DNA from: Rhodospirillales bacterium
GTDB lineage: Bacteria > Pseudomonadota > Alphaproteobacteria > Rhodospirillales > Casp-alpha2
Assembly: GCA_040219295.1 (NCBI GenBank)
Contig: JAVJST010000005.1
Location: forward strand, 795,557-859,556
DNA length: 64,000 bases
Direction of reading: 5' to 3'
Shown: positions 46,529 to 55,434 of the stretch, one piece after another
Position numbering within the stretch: the stretch's first letter is position 1
Layout of the letters: the number at the start of each line of letters is the position of its first letter
The notes under the pieces: generated by a model
What the model saw: only the letters and a program-made list of their open reading frames with translations
Databases searched by the model: none
Told to the model about the DNA's origin: nothing
Position numbers and translations under genes: made by a program

Positions 46529-47460
46529 CGTCCGCCCGGCATCATAAGACTTCCCACGATCCGGAACTGGAATCTTCCGGCAACCTGTACGGTCGGGCCG
46601 AGGCGATCGGCGCGGACCTGCCGGCACTGCTTGTCGAGGCGCACCGCATCGCCCACACGGTCGCGCCCGGGGTTCACGGCCGGCGCCGCCGGGGTTCCGG
46701 CGAAACATTCTGGCAGTTCAGGCGTTATCAGTTCGGTGATTCCGTCCAGCGCATCGATTGGCGTCAGACCGCCAAGTCGGATCGCGTCTATATCCGTGAG
46801 ACAGAATGGGAGGTTGCCCAGTCCGTCTGGATATGGAGAGACGCTTCGCCTTCGATGGAGTTCACGTCCGACCCGAATCTGATCAGCAAGGTTGACCGTG
46901 CGAGCCTGCTGGCAATGGCGCTGGGTGTTCTGCTCGTTCGTGGCGGCGAGCGGATCGCACTCGCCGAAACCGGCCGACCGCCGTCAAGCGGTTCTGGTGC
47001 TTTGATGGCCATGGCGGACGAATTGTCGCACTGGCGCGATGCCCCGCCCTCGGCGAGCGCCGCCTTGTTTGCTCGCGCCCGCCAGCTTCCCAGACATGCC
47101 CGCGTGGTTCTGATCGGCGATTTCCTGGAACCGGTCGAGGAAACGCACCGGCTTCTCAAGGCGCTGGCGGCGCAACGAATCCGGGGACATTTGCTGCGGA
47201 TCGTCGACCCCGCAGAGGAAACGTTGCCGTACGACGGGCGCGTGTTGTTCGATGACCCCGAGGATGGTCACTCGACGCTGGTCGATTGGGTGGCCTCAAG
47301 CAGACCGGCGTACCTGTCGGCCTGGCGCCGGCATGGCGAGAGCCTGCGTGACGCCGCGCGATCGTCCGGCTGGAGCATTGATACGCACCACACCGACCGG
47401 CCGCCGGAAGAGGCGCTTCTTGCGTTATACTTGGCCGTCGCCGGGATAACCTTGGAGTAG
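46525..47460 (+). CDS. DUF58-domain protein (MoxR partner)
   Basis: FWQFRRYQFGDSVQRIDWRQTAKSDRVYIRETEWE is the DUF58 core. TTGA overlap with moxR. Confidence 0.85.
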   Translation: MTSARHHKTSHDPELESSGNLYGRAEAIGADLPALLVEAHRIAHTVAPGVHGRRRRGSGETFWQFRRYQFGDSVQRIDWRQTAKSDRVYIRETEWEVAQSVWIWRDASPSMEFTSDPNLISKVDRASLLAMALGVLLVRGGERIALAETGRPPSSGSGALMAMADELSHWRDAPPSASAALFARARQLPRHARVVLIGDFLEPVEETHRLLKALAAQRIRGHLLRIVDPAEETLPYDGRVLFDDPEDGHSTLVDWVASSRPAYLSAWRRHGESLRDAARSSGWSIDTHHTDRPPEEALLALYLAVAGITLE

Positions 47461-47465
47461 GCGTC

Positions 47466-50225
47466 ATGTGGAGCCTCGGGCCGATTGGGTTTTTCGCTCC
47501 CTGGGCTTTGCTCGGGCTGGCGGCACTGCCGCTCGTCTGGTGGCTGGTCCGGTTCCTGCCGCCGTCACCGCGCCACGTGCGGTTCCCCGCGTCCCGGTTC
47601 CTGTTCAATGCCGATCGCGATCAACCGCAACAACGGTCATCGATCTGGTGGATCCTGCTGATGCGGCTTGTTGCCGTGGCAGCGGTGATTGTGGCGGCGG
47701 CGGAACCGGTCGCTCAACCAGAAGCCGCGCTCGAGTCGTCAGGCCCGGTCGTTATTGTGATCGACGATGGGTGGTCTGCCGCACCCGGCTGGTCGACGCG
47801 GCGCGACATCGCGCGGAGCCTGATTGCGCGTGCGGAGCGCGAAGACCGGCCTGTTATGCTGTTGTCGACGACGCCGGGCGAGGCTGGACGGTTTGATCCT
47901 CCGGCGTTCACCAGCATCGCCGATGCCCGGCGGAAAGTTGACGCGATGCGACCGAAACCCTGGCCCAGCGAGCCGGCCAAGGCCCTGGCGCCGCTATTCG
48001 ATTCCGATTCTTCGGTGTCGAAAGCAGGACGGATATTTTGGCTGAGCGACGGAATTGACCCGGACGGTGCAAACGGGCATGCAGGAGCGCTTGTCGAACG
48101 ACTAATGCGGATCGGCCCGGTTACCTACTATCGGCCAGGCAAAGGTAACGGGGCCATATTGTTACGCGCCGAAGAAGGCTCTAGCCTGGCGCTGTCTGCG
48201 CGATTGACCCGCTCGTCGGAGGCGGAGGCGTTCGTACACTCGGTGATCGCATACGACGAGAACGGGATTGCCTTGGGGCGGGCGCCCGCCGAATTCGCGC
48301 CCGGGCAGGTCAGTACCATCGCAACTTTTGACCTGCCACTGGAGATCCGAAACCGCGTTACCTGGCTCGCTGTCGAAGGTCATGTCGCCGTCGGCGCTGT
48401 TGCCTTGCTGGACGACCGGTGGCGCCGCCGGACTGTCGGACTGGTCGGTGCGGGCGGGACTGGCGACGACCAGCCGTTGCTGAGCGGGCAGCATTACGTC
48501 GCCAAGGCCCTGGCATTGGGCCACGAAGTCGTCGACGGCAGCCTCGACGAATTGATCGACTCCGGCGCGCCAGTGATTGCTGTGGTCGATCCGGGAACCG
48601 TGACGCCCGACATTGCGGACAGGCTCCGGGGGTGGATTGAGGATGGCGGTGTTCTGCTCGTGTTTGCCGGACCGCGTTTTGCCGATGCGGCGGTGGCGAC
48701 CGGCGCCGGTGATGCTGCCGGATGGTCCTCGCTCTTGCCGGTGAAACTACGCCAGGGCGATCGGGCGATTGGCGGCGCGATGTCCTGGCTTCAACCCGCG
48801 ACGGTCGCCGGCTTCGGGTCGGATAGCCCGTTTCTCGGGTTGCAGGTGCCCGGCGACATACGGGTCAACCGCCAAGTGCTCGCCGAGCCCGAGATCGGTA
48901 TCGAACAGCGCACGTGGGCAAGACTTTCGGACGGAACGCCATTGGTCACCGGGCGGGCGATCGGCAAGGGCTGGACGTCGCTGGTACACGTCACGGCCAA
49001 TGCGGAATGGTCGAACCTACCGTTCTCCGGCCTGTTTGTCGAAATGATGAGCAGGATAACCGCGTTATCGCACAAGACATCGGCCGGTTCCCGGGAGCGG
49101 GTCCTGTCGCCGATCTCGATACTCGACGGTTTCGGATCGTTGCAGCCTGCCCCGGGCTCGGTAGCGTCGATCACGTCCGCGGAGTTGCCGCATACAGCGC
49201 CTTCACCGCGCCATCCGCCTGGCTATTACGGGGATCAACAGGAACGCCGGGCACTGAACGTTTCGGACAACGTTGCCGACCCGGTTCCCGTCATCGGCCT
49301 GCCGCCGGCAGTCGAGCAACGATCTTACATTGCGGACCGCGAACAGCCTATCGCGCCGTGGCTGCTCGGCCTGGTATTTGTCCTCATGGTCGGCGACCTC
49401 TTGGCGTCGTTGTGGCTCCGCGGTTACTTGGGTTGGCGGGCGGCCCCCTCCGGCGCGAGAGTGTCTGCGGGCGTGCTGCTCGCGGCAGTTCTGCTTCCGT
49501 CGCCGGTTCTTGCGGATGGGCATGAACCGCTGTCGGACTTGATCGAGGCTGCGTCGCATACCCGCATCGCATACATCGAGACCGGTGACAGGGAGATTGA
49601 TCAGGTAACCTACATTGGCTTGTCGAGCCTCGGTCAGGTGCTGTGGCAGCGAACCGCGGTCGAACTGGCGGAGCCCGTGGCGATCGATCCAGCGGTGGAT
49701 GAACTGGCCTTCTATCCGTTAATCTACTGGCCGGTGGCGGCGACCTCGGAGGTGCCGACCAATTCTACGGCGCGGCGCATAAACGCCTACCTTGAAACCG
49801 GTGGCATGATCCTGTTCGACGCCAAGTCGACGGACAGCGAGGTTGCCGATCTGGTAACCCGAATTGCAGACATTCTTGATGTGCCCCGGCTTGCGCCCGT
49901 CCCGAACGATCATGTCCTTTCGCGATCATTCTACCTACTTGGCGAGTTCCCGGGACGCTGGGCCGGTCGTCCGGTCTGGATCGCGCCCGCGGCCAACCGC
50001 GTCAACGATGGCGTCGCGCCGATCATCGCCGGCAGTCACGATTGGGCGGCCGCTTGGGCGACCGATGAGTTTCAGGAGCCGTTGTTTGCCGTTGTGCCGG
50101 GGGGAGAACGTCAACGCGAACTGGCGTTCCGGTTTGGCGTCAACCTTATGATGTATGCGCTGACCGGCAACTACAAAGAGGATCAGGTGCATATTCCCTC
50201 GATCATGCAAAGGCTCGGTCAATGA
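47466..50225 (+). CDS. large membrane protein: BatA-type N-terminal double-TM domain plus C-terminal DUF4159
   Basis: N-terminus FFAPWALLGLAALPLVWWLVRFLPPSP...RFP (aerotolerance-regulator N-terminal type). C-terminus LETGGMILFD...SFYLL...FGVNLMMYALTGNYKEDQVH (DUF4159-like). Confidence 0.75.
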   Translation: MWSLGPIGFFAPWALLGLAALPLVWWLVRFLPPSPRHVRFPASRFLFNADRDQPQQRSSIWWILLMRLVAVAAVIVAAAEPVAQPEAALESSGPVVIVIDDGWSAAPGWSTRRDIARSLIARAEREDRPVMLLSTTPGEAGRFDPPAFTSIADARRKVDAMRPKPWPSEPAKALAPLFDSDSSVSKAGRIFWLSDGIDPDGANGHAGALVERLMRIGPVTYYRPGKGNGAILLRAEEGSSLALSARLTRSSEAEAFVHSVIAYDENGIALGRAPAEFAPGQVSTIATFDLPLEIRNRVTWLAVEGHVAVGAVALLDDRWRRRTVGLVGAGGTGDDQPLLSGQHYVAKALALGHEVVDGSLDELIDSGAPVIAVVDPGTVTPDIADRLRGWIEDGGVLLVFAGPRFADAAVATGAGDAAGWSSLLPVKLRQGDRAIGGAMSWLQPATVAGFGSDSPFLGLQVPGDIRVNRQVLAEPEIGIEQRTWARLSDGTPLVTGRAIGKGWTSLVHVTANAEWSNLPFSGLFVEMMSRITALSHKTSAGSRERVLSPISILDGFGSLQPAPGSVASITSAELPHTAPSPRHPPGYYGDQQERRALNVSDNVADPVPVIGLPPAVEQRSYIADREQPIAPWLLGLVFVLMVGDLLASLWLRGYLGWRAAPSGARVSAGVLLAAVLLPSPVLADGHEPLSDLIEAASHTRIAYIETGDREIDQVTYIGLSSLGQVLWQRTAVELAEPVAIDPAVDELAFYPLIYWPVAATSEVPTNSTARRINAYLETGGMILFDAKSTDSEVADLVTRIADILDVPRLAPVPNDHVLSRSFYLLGEFPGRWAGRPVWIAPAANRVNDGVAPIIAGSHDWAAAWATDEFQEPLFAVVPGGERQRELAFRFGVNLMMYALTGNYKEDQVHIPSIMQRLGQ

Positions 50226-52354
50226 GTGGCGGCGTCTGGCAAATCACCTTTGCGCCGGTCGTGCCCTGGATGGTGTTGATCGCGCTCGGCGTCGTCGCCC
50301 TCGGCATCGTCGGGTACAGTCTGTTCCGTGATGCTGGCGGGGTATCTGCCCGCACCATCGGTTTTGCGGTTCTCCTACTGGCGCTGGCGAACCCGCGACA
50401 CGTCGAGGAGAGGCGGGAAGCCGAAACCGACATCGCGCTGCTGGTCGTTGACCGGACCGCCAGTCAGGCCGTGGGTGAGCGACAGGCACAGACCGATGCC
50501 GCGGCCCAGTTGATCCGGGACCGGTTGGCCGAGGATCCGGGCATCGAACTGCGTGAGATCGAGGTTTCTCGATCAAGCGCGGGATTTGGTCGGGACGCTG
50601 GCGGGACAGCGCTATTGGGGCCGTTGGCTCGCGCGGCTGCCGGTATCCCGGCATCCCGATATGCGGGAGCTGTCGTCATTACGGATGGGCAGGTGCACGA
50701 CGTCCCGGCGGCAGCGGAAAGCACGGTTGGCACGACCCGTCGGGAATCCTACGGCGAGACATTACCGGACGGGCCGTTGCACGTGCTGATTGCTGGCGAG
50801 AAAGACAGTTTCGACCGCCGGATCCTGATCGAGACCGTCCCGGCGTATGCGATCGTCGGGAAACCGTTCGAGATCACCTACCGCGTCGTCGACAGCGGCG
50901 TGACCGAAGCCGCGGCCGGGGATACGCCGCTGCACGCCGAACTCCGGGTCGATGGGGTCTTGCAGGGCCGCGAAACCATCCTGAATGGCGCGAGCGGATC
51001 GTTCGAGGTGTCGGTCGATCACGCCGGCGTCTCCGTGATCGAGGTCACGACACCGGCCGCTGAGGGTGAACTGTCGACGATCAACAATTCGGCCGTGGCG
51101 ACCGTCAACGGCGTCCGAGACCGCCTCCGGGTACTGCTGGTATCGGGCCAGCCGCACGCAGGCGAGCGGACCTGGCGTAACCTTCTGAAGTCGGACCCGG
51201 CAGTGGACCTTATTCACTTCACGATTCTACGCCCGCCGGACAAAAGCGACTTCACGCCGATCCGTGAGCTGGCGCTCATAACCTTCCCGACGTTCGAATT
51301 GTTCGAGCTGAAACTCAAGGAATTCGATCTCGTCGTATTCGATCGCTACGTCGTGCGCTTCGTACTGTCGCCACTCTATTTCCGCAACATCCGCGATTTC
51401 GTGACCGAAGGGGGGGCGGTGATGCTGGCGGTCGGTCCCGAGTACGCGGGGCACCGGAGTCTGTACGATACTCCGCTCGGCGAGATCGCGCCTGCCAGAC
51501 CGGTGGGCGGCGTCATCGAACAACCCTTCAGGCCGAGCCTGACAGAGGCCGGCAATCGGCACCCGGTGACCGCCGGGCTTGGCGGCCGCGACGCGAACTG
51601 GGGACGGTGGTTGCGCCAGATACCGGTCGTCGAGGAATCGGGCGACGTTCTCATGCGCGGGGCCGAGGACCTTCCGCTGCTCGTTCTGTCCAGGGTCGGA
51701 GAAGGCCGCATCGGTTTTCTGGCCAGTGACCAGGTGTGGCTGTGGGCCCGGGATTTTGATGGCGGTGGCCCGCATGCGGAGTTGATCCGGCGCACAGCGC
51801 ACTGGTTGATGCGCGAGCCCGCGCTCGAAGAGGAGAGTCTCTCCGCGGAGCTCGATGGAGATCAGATTCGCGTGACCCGCCGTACGTTGTCGGAGGCCGC
51901 CGACTCGGTGGTCATGCGACGTCCGGATGGCGTTGAGGAGATCCTTACGCTCGAGCAGAGTGACGAGGGGCGGTTCAGCGCCTCGACGGCCACCGACGGC
52001 CCCGGCGTCTACCGCTTCGACGATGGCGAGTACCAGGCCCATCTGGCGGTTGGCGACGTAGACCCGGTTGAGTACAGGGATCTGCGTGCAACCGAGGAGA
52101 TTCTGACACCGCTCAGTGTGTCATCCGGTGGCGCCAGTATGTGGCTGAACGACGGCGTTCCCGATTTGCGTCGGCCAAAGCAGGGGCGTGATATGGCCGG
52201 TCGCGACTGGATCGGACTACGTACGAACGAGTCCTACATCGTCACGGGCCTGTCCGAACGGCCGTTGTTGCCGGGGTGGCTGGTTGCATTACTCGTGGTC
52301 GGCACGTTGATGGCTGCATGGTGGTGGGAAAGCCGGACCGGGAAACACCCGTAA
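50222..52354 (+). CDS. large membrane protein of the MoxR module (N- and C-terminal TM anchors, unknown family)
   Basis: 710 aa. ATGA overlap with the preceding gene. TM helices lie at both ends (VVPWMVLIALGVVALGIV, LLPGWLVALLVVGTLMAAWWW). Confidence 0.65.
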   Translation: MSGGVWQITFAPVVPWMVLIALGVVALGIVGYSLFRDAGGVSARTIGFAVLLLALANPRHVEERREAETDIALLVVDRTASQAVGERQAQTDAAAQLIRDRLAEDPGIELREIEVSRSSAGFGRDAGGTALLGPLARAAAGIPASRYAGAVVITDGQVHDVPAAAESTVGTTRRESYGETLPDGPLHVLIAGEKDSFDRRILIETVPAYAIVGKPFEITYRVVDSGVTEAAAGDTPLHAELRVDGVLQGRETILNGASGSFEVSVDHAGVSVIEVTTPAAEGELSTINNSAVATVNGVRDRLRVLLVSGQPHAGERTWRNLLKSDPAVDLIHFTILRPPDKSDFTPIRELALITFPTFELFELKLKEFDLVVFDRYVVRFVLSPLYFRNIRDFVTEGGAVMLAVGPEYAGHRSLYDTPLGEIAPARPVGGVIEQPFRPSLTEAGNRHPVTAGLGGRDANWGRWLRQIPVVEESGDVLMRGAEDLPLLVLSRVGEGRIGFLASDQVWLWARDFDGGGPHAELIRRTAHWLMREPALEEESLSAELDGDQIRVTRRTLSEAADSVVMRRPDGVEEILTLEQSDEGRFSASTATDGPGVYRFDDGEYQAHLAVGDVDPVEYRDLRATEEILTPLSVSSGGASMWLNDGVPDLRRPKQGRDMAGRDWIGLRTNESYIVTGLSERPLLPGWLVALLVVGTLMAAWWWESRTGKHP

Positions 52355-52361
52355 TCGGCGA

Positions 52362-53270
52362 TCACATGTCGACTCGCCACGGTGAGCTTTCTCCGAACCG
52401 ATCTGCGAGGAAATCGACAAACAAGCGGATTTTCGCGGACAAGTGACGATTGTGCGGATACACCGCGTAGATCGCGGCGCCCGTGCTTCCATATTCATCG
52501 AGTACGGACTCGAGCTGCCCGTTACGCAGTGCACCGGCAACGATAAAGAGGGGCGTGTTGAGTACGCCGTGACCGGCGATTGCAGCTGCACGCAGCGCTT
52601 CGCCATTGTTGGCGGACAGATTGCCGTTGACGTGAACCGCGTGATGTTGGTCGCCGTTGTCGAAGGTCCACTCATTCTGCGTCGACAGGTACGAGTACTG
52701 CAGGCAGTTGTGGTGAATAAGGTCATCCGGTGATTGCGGGCGGCCGTGTCGTCTCCAGTACGAGGGACTCGCGCAGATAACCCGGTCGAATGGTGCCAGC
52801 TTGCGGGCGATCATCGTCGAGTCGGGTAGACGGGTGATGCGCACGGCCAGGTCGTAGCCCTCCTCGACTACATCGACGAGACGGTCGCTAAGATCGAGAT
52901 CGATCGACAGTTCAGGATGATCCGACATGAATGCGGCAACTGCTTCGGCCAGATACATCACGCCGAACGACATCGGAGCGTTCACCCGCAGCAGCCCGCG
53001 CGGTTCTGCCTGCAAATCGCGGACCGCGCGTTCGGCGTCGCCGAGATCGGCGATGATCCGGCTACAGCGATCATAGAATGCCCGGCCGACCTCGGTCGTG
53101 CTGATCTTTCGTGTGGTTCTGTTTAGCAACCGCGCGCCGAGTCGGTCCTCCAGTCTGGCAACCTGTTTGCTTATTGCCGACTTGCCGACGCCCAGATGGC
53201 GCGCCGCCTGAGTGAAGCCGCCGCGCTCCACCACGGCGGTAAATGCCTCGATTTCATCCAAAGAACGCAT
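52362..53270 (-). CDS. LysR-family transcriptional regulator
   Basis: HTH FTAVVERGGFTQAARHLGVGKSAISKQVARLEDRLG followed by a LysR substrate-binding domain. Confidence 0.9.
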   Translation of the reverse strand: MRSLDEIEAFTAVVERGGFTQAARHLGVGKSAISKQVARLEDRLGARLLNRTTRKISTTEVGRAFYDRCSRIIADLGDAERAVRDLQAEPRGLLRVNAPMSFGVMYLAEAVAAFMSDHPELSIDLDLSDRLVDVVEEGYDLAVRITRLPDSTMIARKLAPFDRVICASPSYWRRHGRPQSPDDLIHHNCLQYSYLSTQNEWTFDNGDQHHAVHVNGNLSANNGEALRAAAIAGHGVLNTPLFIVAGALRNGQLESVLDEYGSTGAAIYAVYPHNRHLSAKIRLFVDFLADRFGESSPWRVDM

Positions 53271-53387
53271 GTCGTTTTATAGTGTCCATATTGGAAACAG
53301 TAAAGTTCCAGATGAGTATATTGTCTCTGATTATGGGTAAATGTAGCGTCTGCGCATCAACGTTTCGATCAAGGAAGGAACCTGATC

Positions 53388-54017
53388 ATGACCCGCATAC
53401 TTGTTGTCAACGCGAGCCCCAACACGGAAACCAGCAAGAGCCGATTGCTGACGGCCCGCTATGTTGAGAAAGTCACGTCCGGCGAGTCGACCGCCGACGT
53501 CGTCTATCGCGACGTCGGCGTGACGCCGCCGCCGCACCTCGACAGTGCCACCATCGGCGCTTTCTTTACGCCGGCCGAAAACCGAACCGACGAACAAAAG
53601 GCGCTAATCGCCTTGTCAGATCAACTCGTTGGCGAGGTCAGAGATGCCGATATCATCGTCATCGGTTCGCCGATGCAGAACTTCGGCATGAGCTCCGGGC
53701 TCAAGACCTGGTTTGATCATATCGCCAGGGCCGGTGTCACCTTCCGCTATACCGAAAACGGGCCCGAGGGTCTGCTCGGCGGCCGCAAAGTCATTATCGT
53801 CACGGCGACCGGCGGCGATTATTCGGAGGGCTCTCAGGCGGCACATCTGAACCACCAGCTCCCGCACCTGAAGACCCTTTTCGGTTTTCTCGGCATCGAC
53901 GACGTTTCGGTCGCCGAAGCATCGAAGACGGCCGTGGACGACGAGGGTGTCGCTGCTGCGGCCAGTCGCATCGATTTGATTGCCGCAGAGGATATCGCAA
54001 CACGGATGGCGGCCTGA
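53388..54017 (+). CDS. azoR: FMN-dependent NADH-azoreductase/quinone reductase
   Basis: ILVVNASP, SPMQNFGMSSGLKTWFDHIARAGVTFRYTENGPEGLL and HLKTLFGFLGI motifs. Confidence 0.85.
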   Translation: MTRILVVNASPNTETSKSRLLTARYVEKVTSGESTADVVYRDVGVTPPPHLDSATIGAFFTPAENRTDEQKALIALSDQLVGEVRDADIIVIGSPMQNFGMSSGLKTWFDHIARAGVTFRYTENGPEGLLGGRKVIIVTATGGDYSEGSQAAHLNHQLPHLKTLFGFLGIDDVSVAEASKTAVDDEGVAAAASRIDLIAAEDIATRMAA

Positions 54018-54058
54018 ACGGGCCAGCTCGAACCATTCAACTCTGGAGTAACGTCGTC

Positions 54059-54484
54059 ATGACTAGTGAAGATCGCATTGGATACGCAGGATTGCTGCTT
54101 CGCCTGACGCTCGGCGTCATGTTCATCGCTCACGGACTTCTCAAGGTGTTCGTGTTTACGCTGCCCGGCACGGTCGCCTTCTTCGAGAACCTCGGACTCC
54201 CGGGATTTCTCGCCTATTTCACGGTCATCGCTGAGATTGGCGGCGGAGCACTGCTGATCCTCGGCATCTACGTTCCGCTCGTATCGGTCGGGCTGCTGCC
54301 GATCCTGCTGGGCGCCACCTGGGCCCATGCCGGTAATGGCTGGGTTTTCAGTGCCGAAGGCGGTGGTTGGGAATACCCGCTCTTCCTAACGCTGTCGACC
54401 GCCGTTCTCGCACTCGTCGGTGCCGGGAAGTATGCCGTCACTCTTCCGGTTCCGGGCCGCTTGGCGAACGCCTTGAACCCGTGA
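54059..54484 (+). CDS. DoxX-family membrane protein
   Basis: LLLRLTLGVMFIAHGLLKVF...EIGGGALLILGIY is the classic DoxX pattern. Confidence 0.8.
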   Translation: MTSEDRIGYAGLLLRLTLGVMFIAHGLLKVFVFTLPGTVAFFENLGLPGFLAYFTVIAEIGGGALLILGIYVPLVSVGLLPILLGATWAHAGNGWVFSAEGGGWEYPLFLTLSTAVLALVGAGKYAVTLPVPGRLANALNP

Positions 54485-54494
54485 CCCCTACGCG

Positions 54495-54538
54495 CCGGCC
54501 CTGCCGCCCCCAATGGGATACCTCCCGGGCAGGGCCGG
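54495..54538 (+). terminator. long GC hairpin after doxX (terminator-like, no clear U-tract)
   Basis: CCGGCCCTGCC (54495-505) pairs with GGCAGGGCCGG (54528-538) around a 22-nt loop. Confidence 0.35.
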
Positions 54539-54629
54539 TCGCTTCGGGCGGGATTATCGGATAGCCACCACACCATGATGACAGGCACCCAGAGTCCGTG
54601 TCACGGTTAGCCTCCCTAGTGAGGTCCAG

Positions 54630-55289
54630 ATGCCCCCGAAAACACATCCTGGCGTGTCGAAGCTGGTTCGCCATTGCGCCTACATGAAGAGCGTTCGGGA
54701 CCTCTACGGTGCGCCGCCGCCCCGCTTGCTGGAGCCGGGCTTTCCGGCGTTACTGCGGATCATCGTGGACCAGCAAGTTTCGACCCATGCAGGCGCCGCG
54801 ATCTGGCGCAAGCTCGAGAGCAACCTCAAGGGCAAGATCGAGCCAAAGTCGATCATCCGTGCCGGTGAGGATCTGCTGCGGGGCTCTGGTTTCAGCCGCG
54901 GCAAGACGCGGTATGCCTTAGGCCTCTCCGAAGCGATCGTCCAAGGCGATCTTGATCTCGACGGGCTTGTCAAACTCGACGACGCGGCGGCGCAGTCCGA
55001 ACTCGTTAAGATCAAAGGCATTGGCCGATGGACCGCAGAGATCTACCTTATGTTCTCGCTTGGGCGTCCGGATATCATGCCGTCGGGTGACCTCGCACTT
55101 CAGGTCGCCGCCGGAACTCTTCTGGGCATGGATGAACGTCCATCAATTAAGGATCTGGATGCGATCGCTGAAAGGTGGCGGCCGTACCGGTCGACGGCCG
55201 CGGTGATGCTGTGGCATTACTATCGGCACACCAAGGCGGGTGGTGGCGGAGAACCGGCGCGGCAATATTCCCGCCAGCGACAGAGCTAA
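54630..55289 (+). CDS. HhH-GPD DNA glycosylase (3-methyladenine glycosylase II-like)
   Basis: LLRIIVDQQVSTHAGAAIW, LVKIKGIGRWTAEIYLMF and PSGDLAL (HhH-GPD with the catalytic Asp region). Confidence 0.8.
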   Translation: MPPKTHPGVSKLVRHCAYMKSVRDLYGAPPPRLLEPGFPALLRIIVDQQVSTHAGAAIWRKLESNLKGKIEPKSIIRAGEDLLRGSGFSRGKTRYALGLSEAIVQGDLDLDGLVKLDDAAAQSELVKIKGIGRWTAEIYLMFSLGRPDIMPSGDLALQVAAGTLLGMDERPSIKDLDAIAERWRPYRSTAAVMLWHYYRHTKAGGGGEPARQYSRQRQS

Positions 55290-55434
55290 GGCAGGCAATA
55301 CGACCATCCCGTTTGTGACGGTGATCGTAAATTCTGCGTCGTGTCTGACGAAGGACATTGCCGCCGAAACCGGCAGTGTTCTACATCGTCGGGCTCAGAG
55401 CAGCCGGTTTTCTTGCAAAGAATGGGGGATCGCC

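Noticed and set aside
53271-53387. LysR-type T-N11-A box (ATA-N7-TAT around 53279-53293) in the lysR-azoR gap.
   Set aside because: The match is only generic AT-rich dyad symmetry. Such matches occur by chance in any AT-rich spacer, so I did not report it as a feature.
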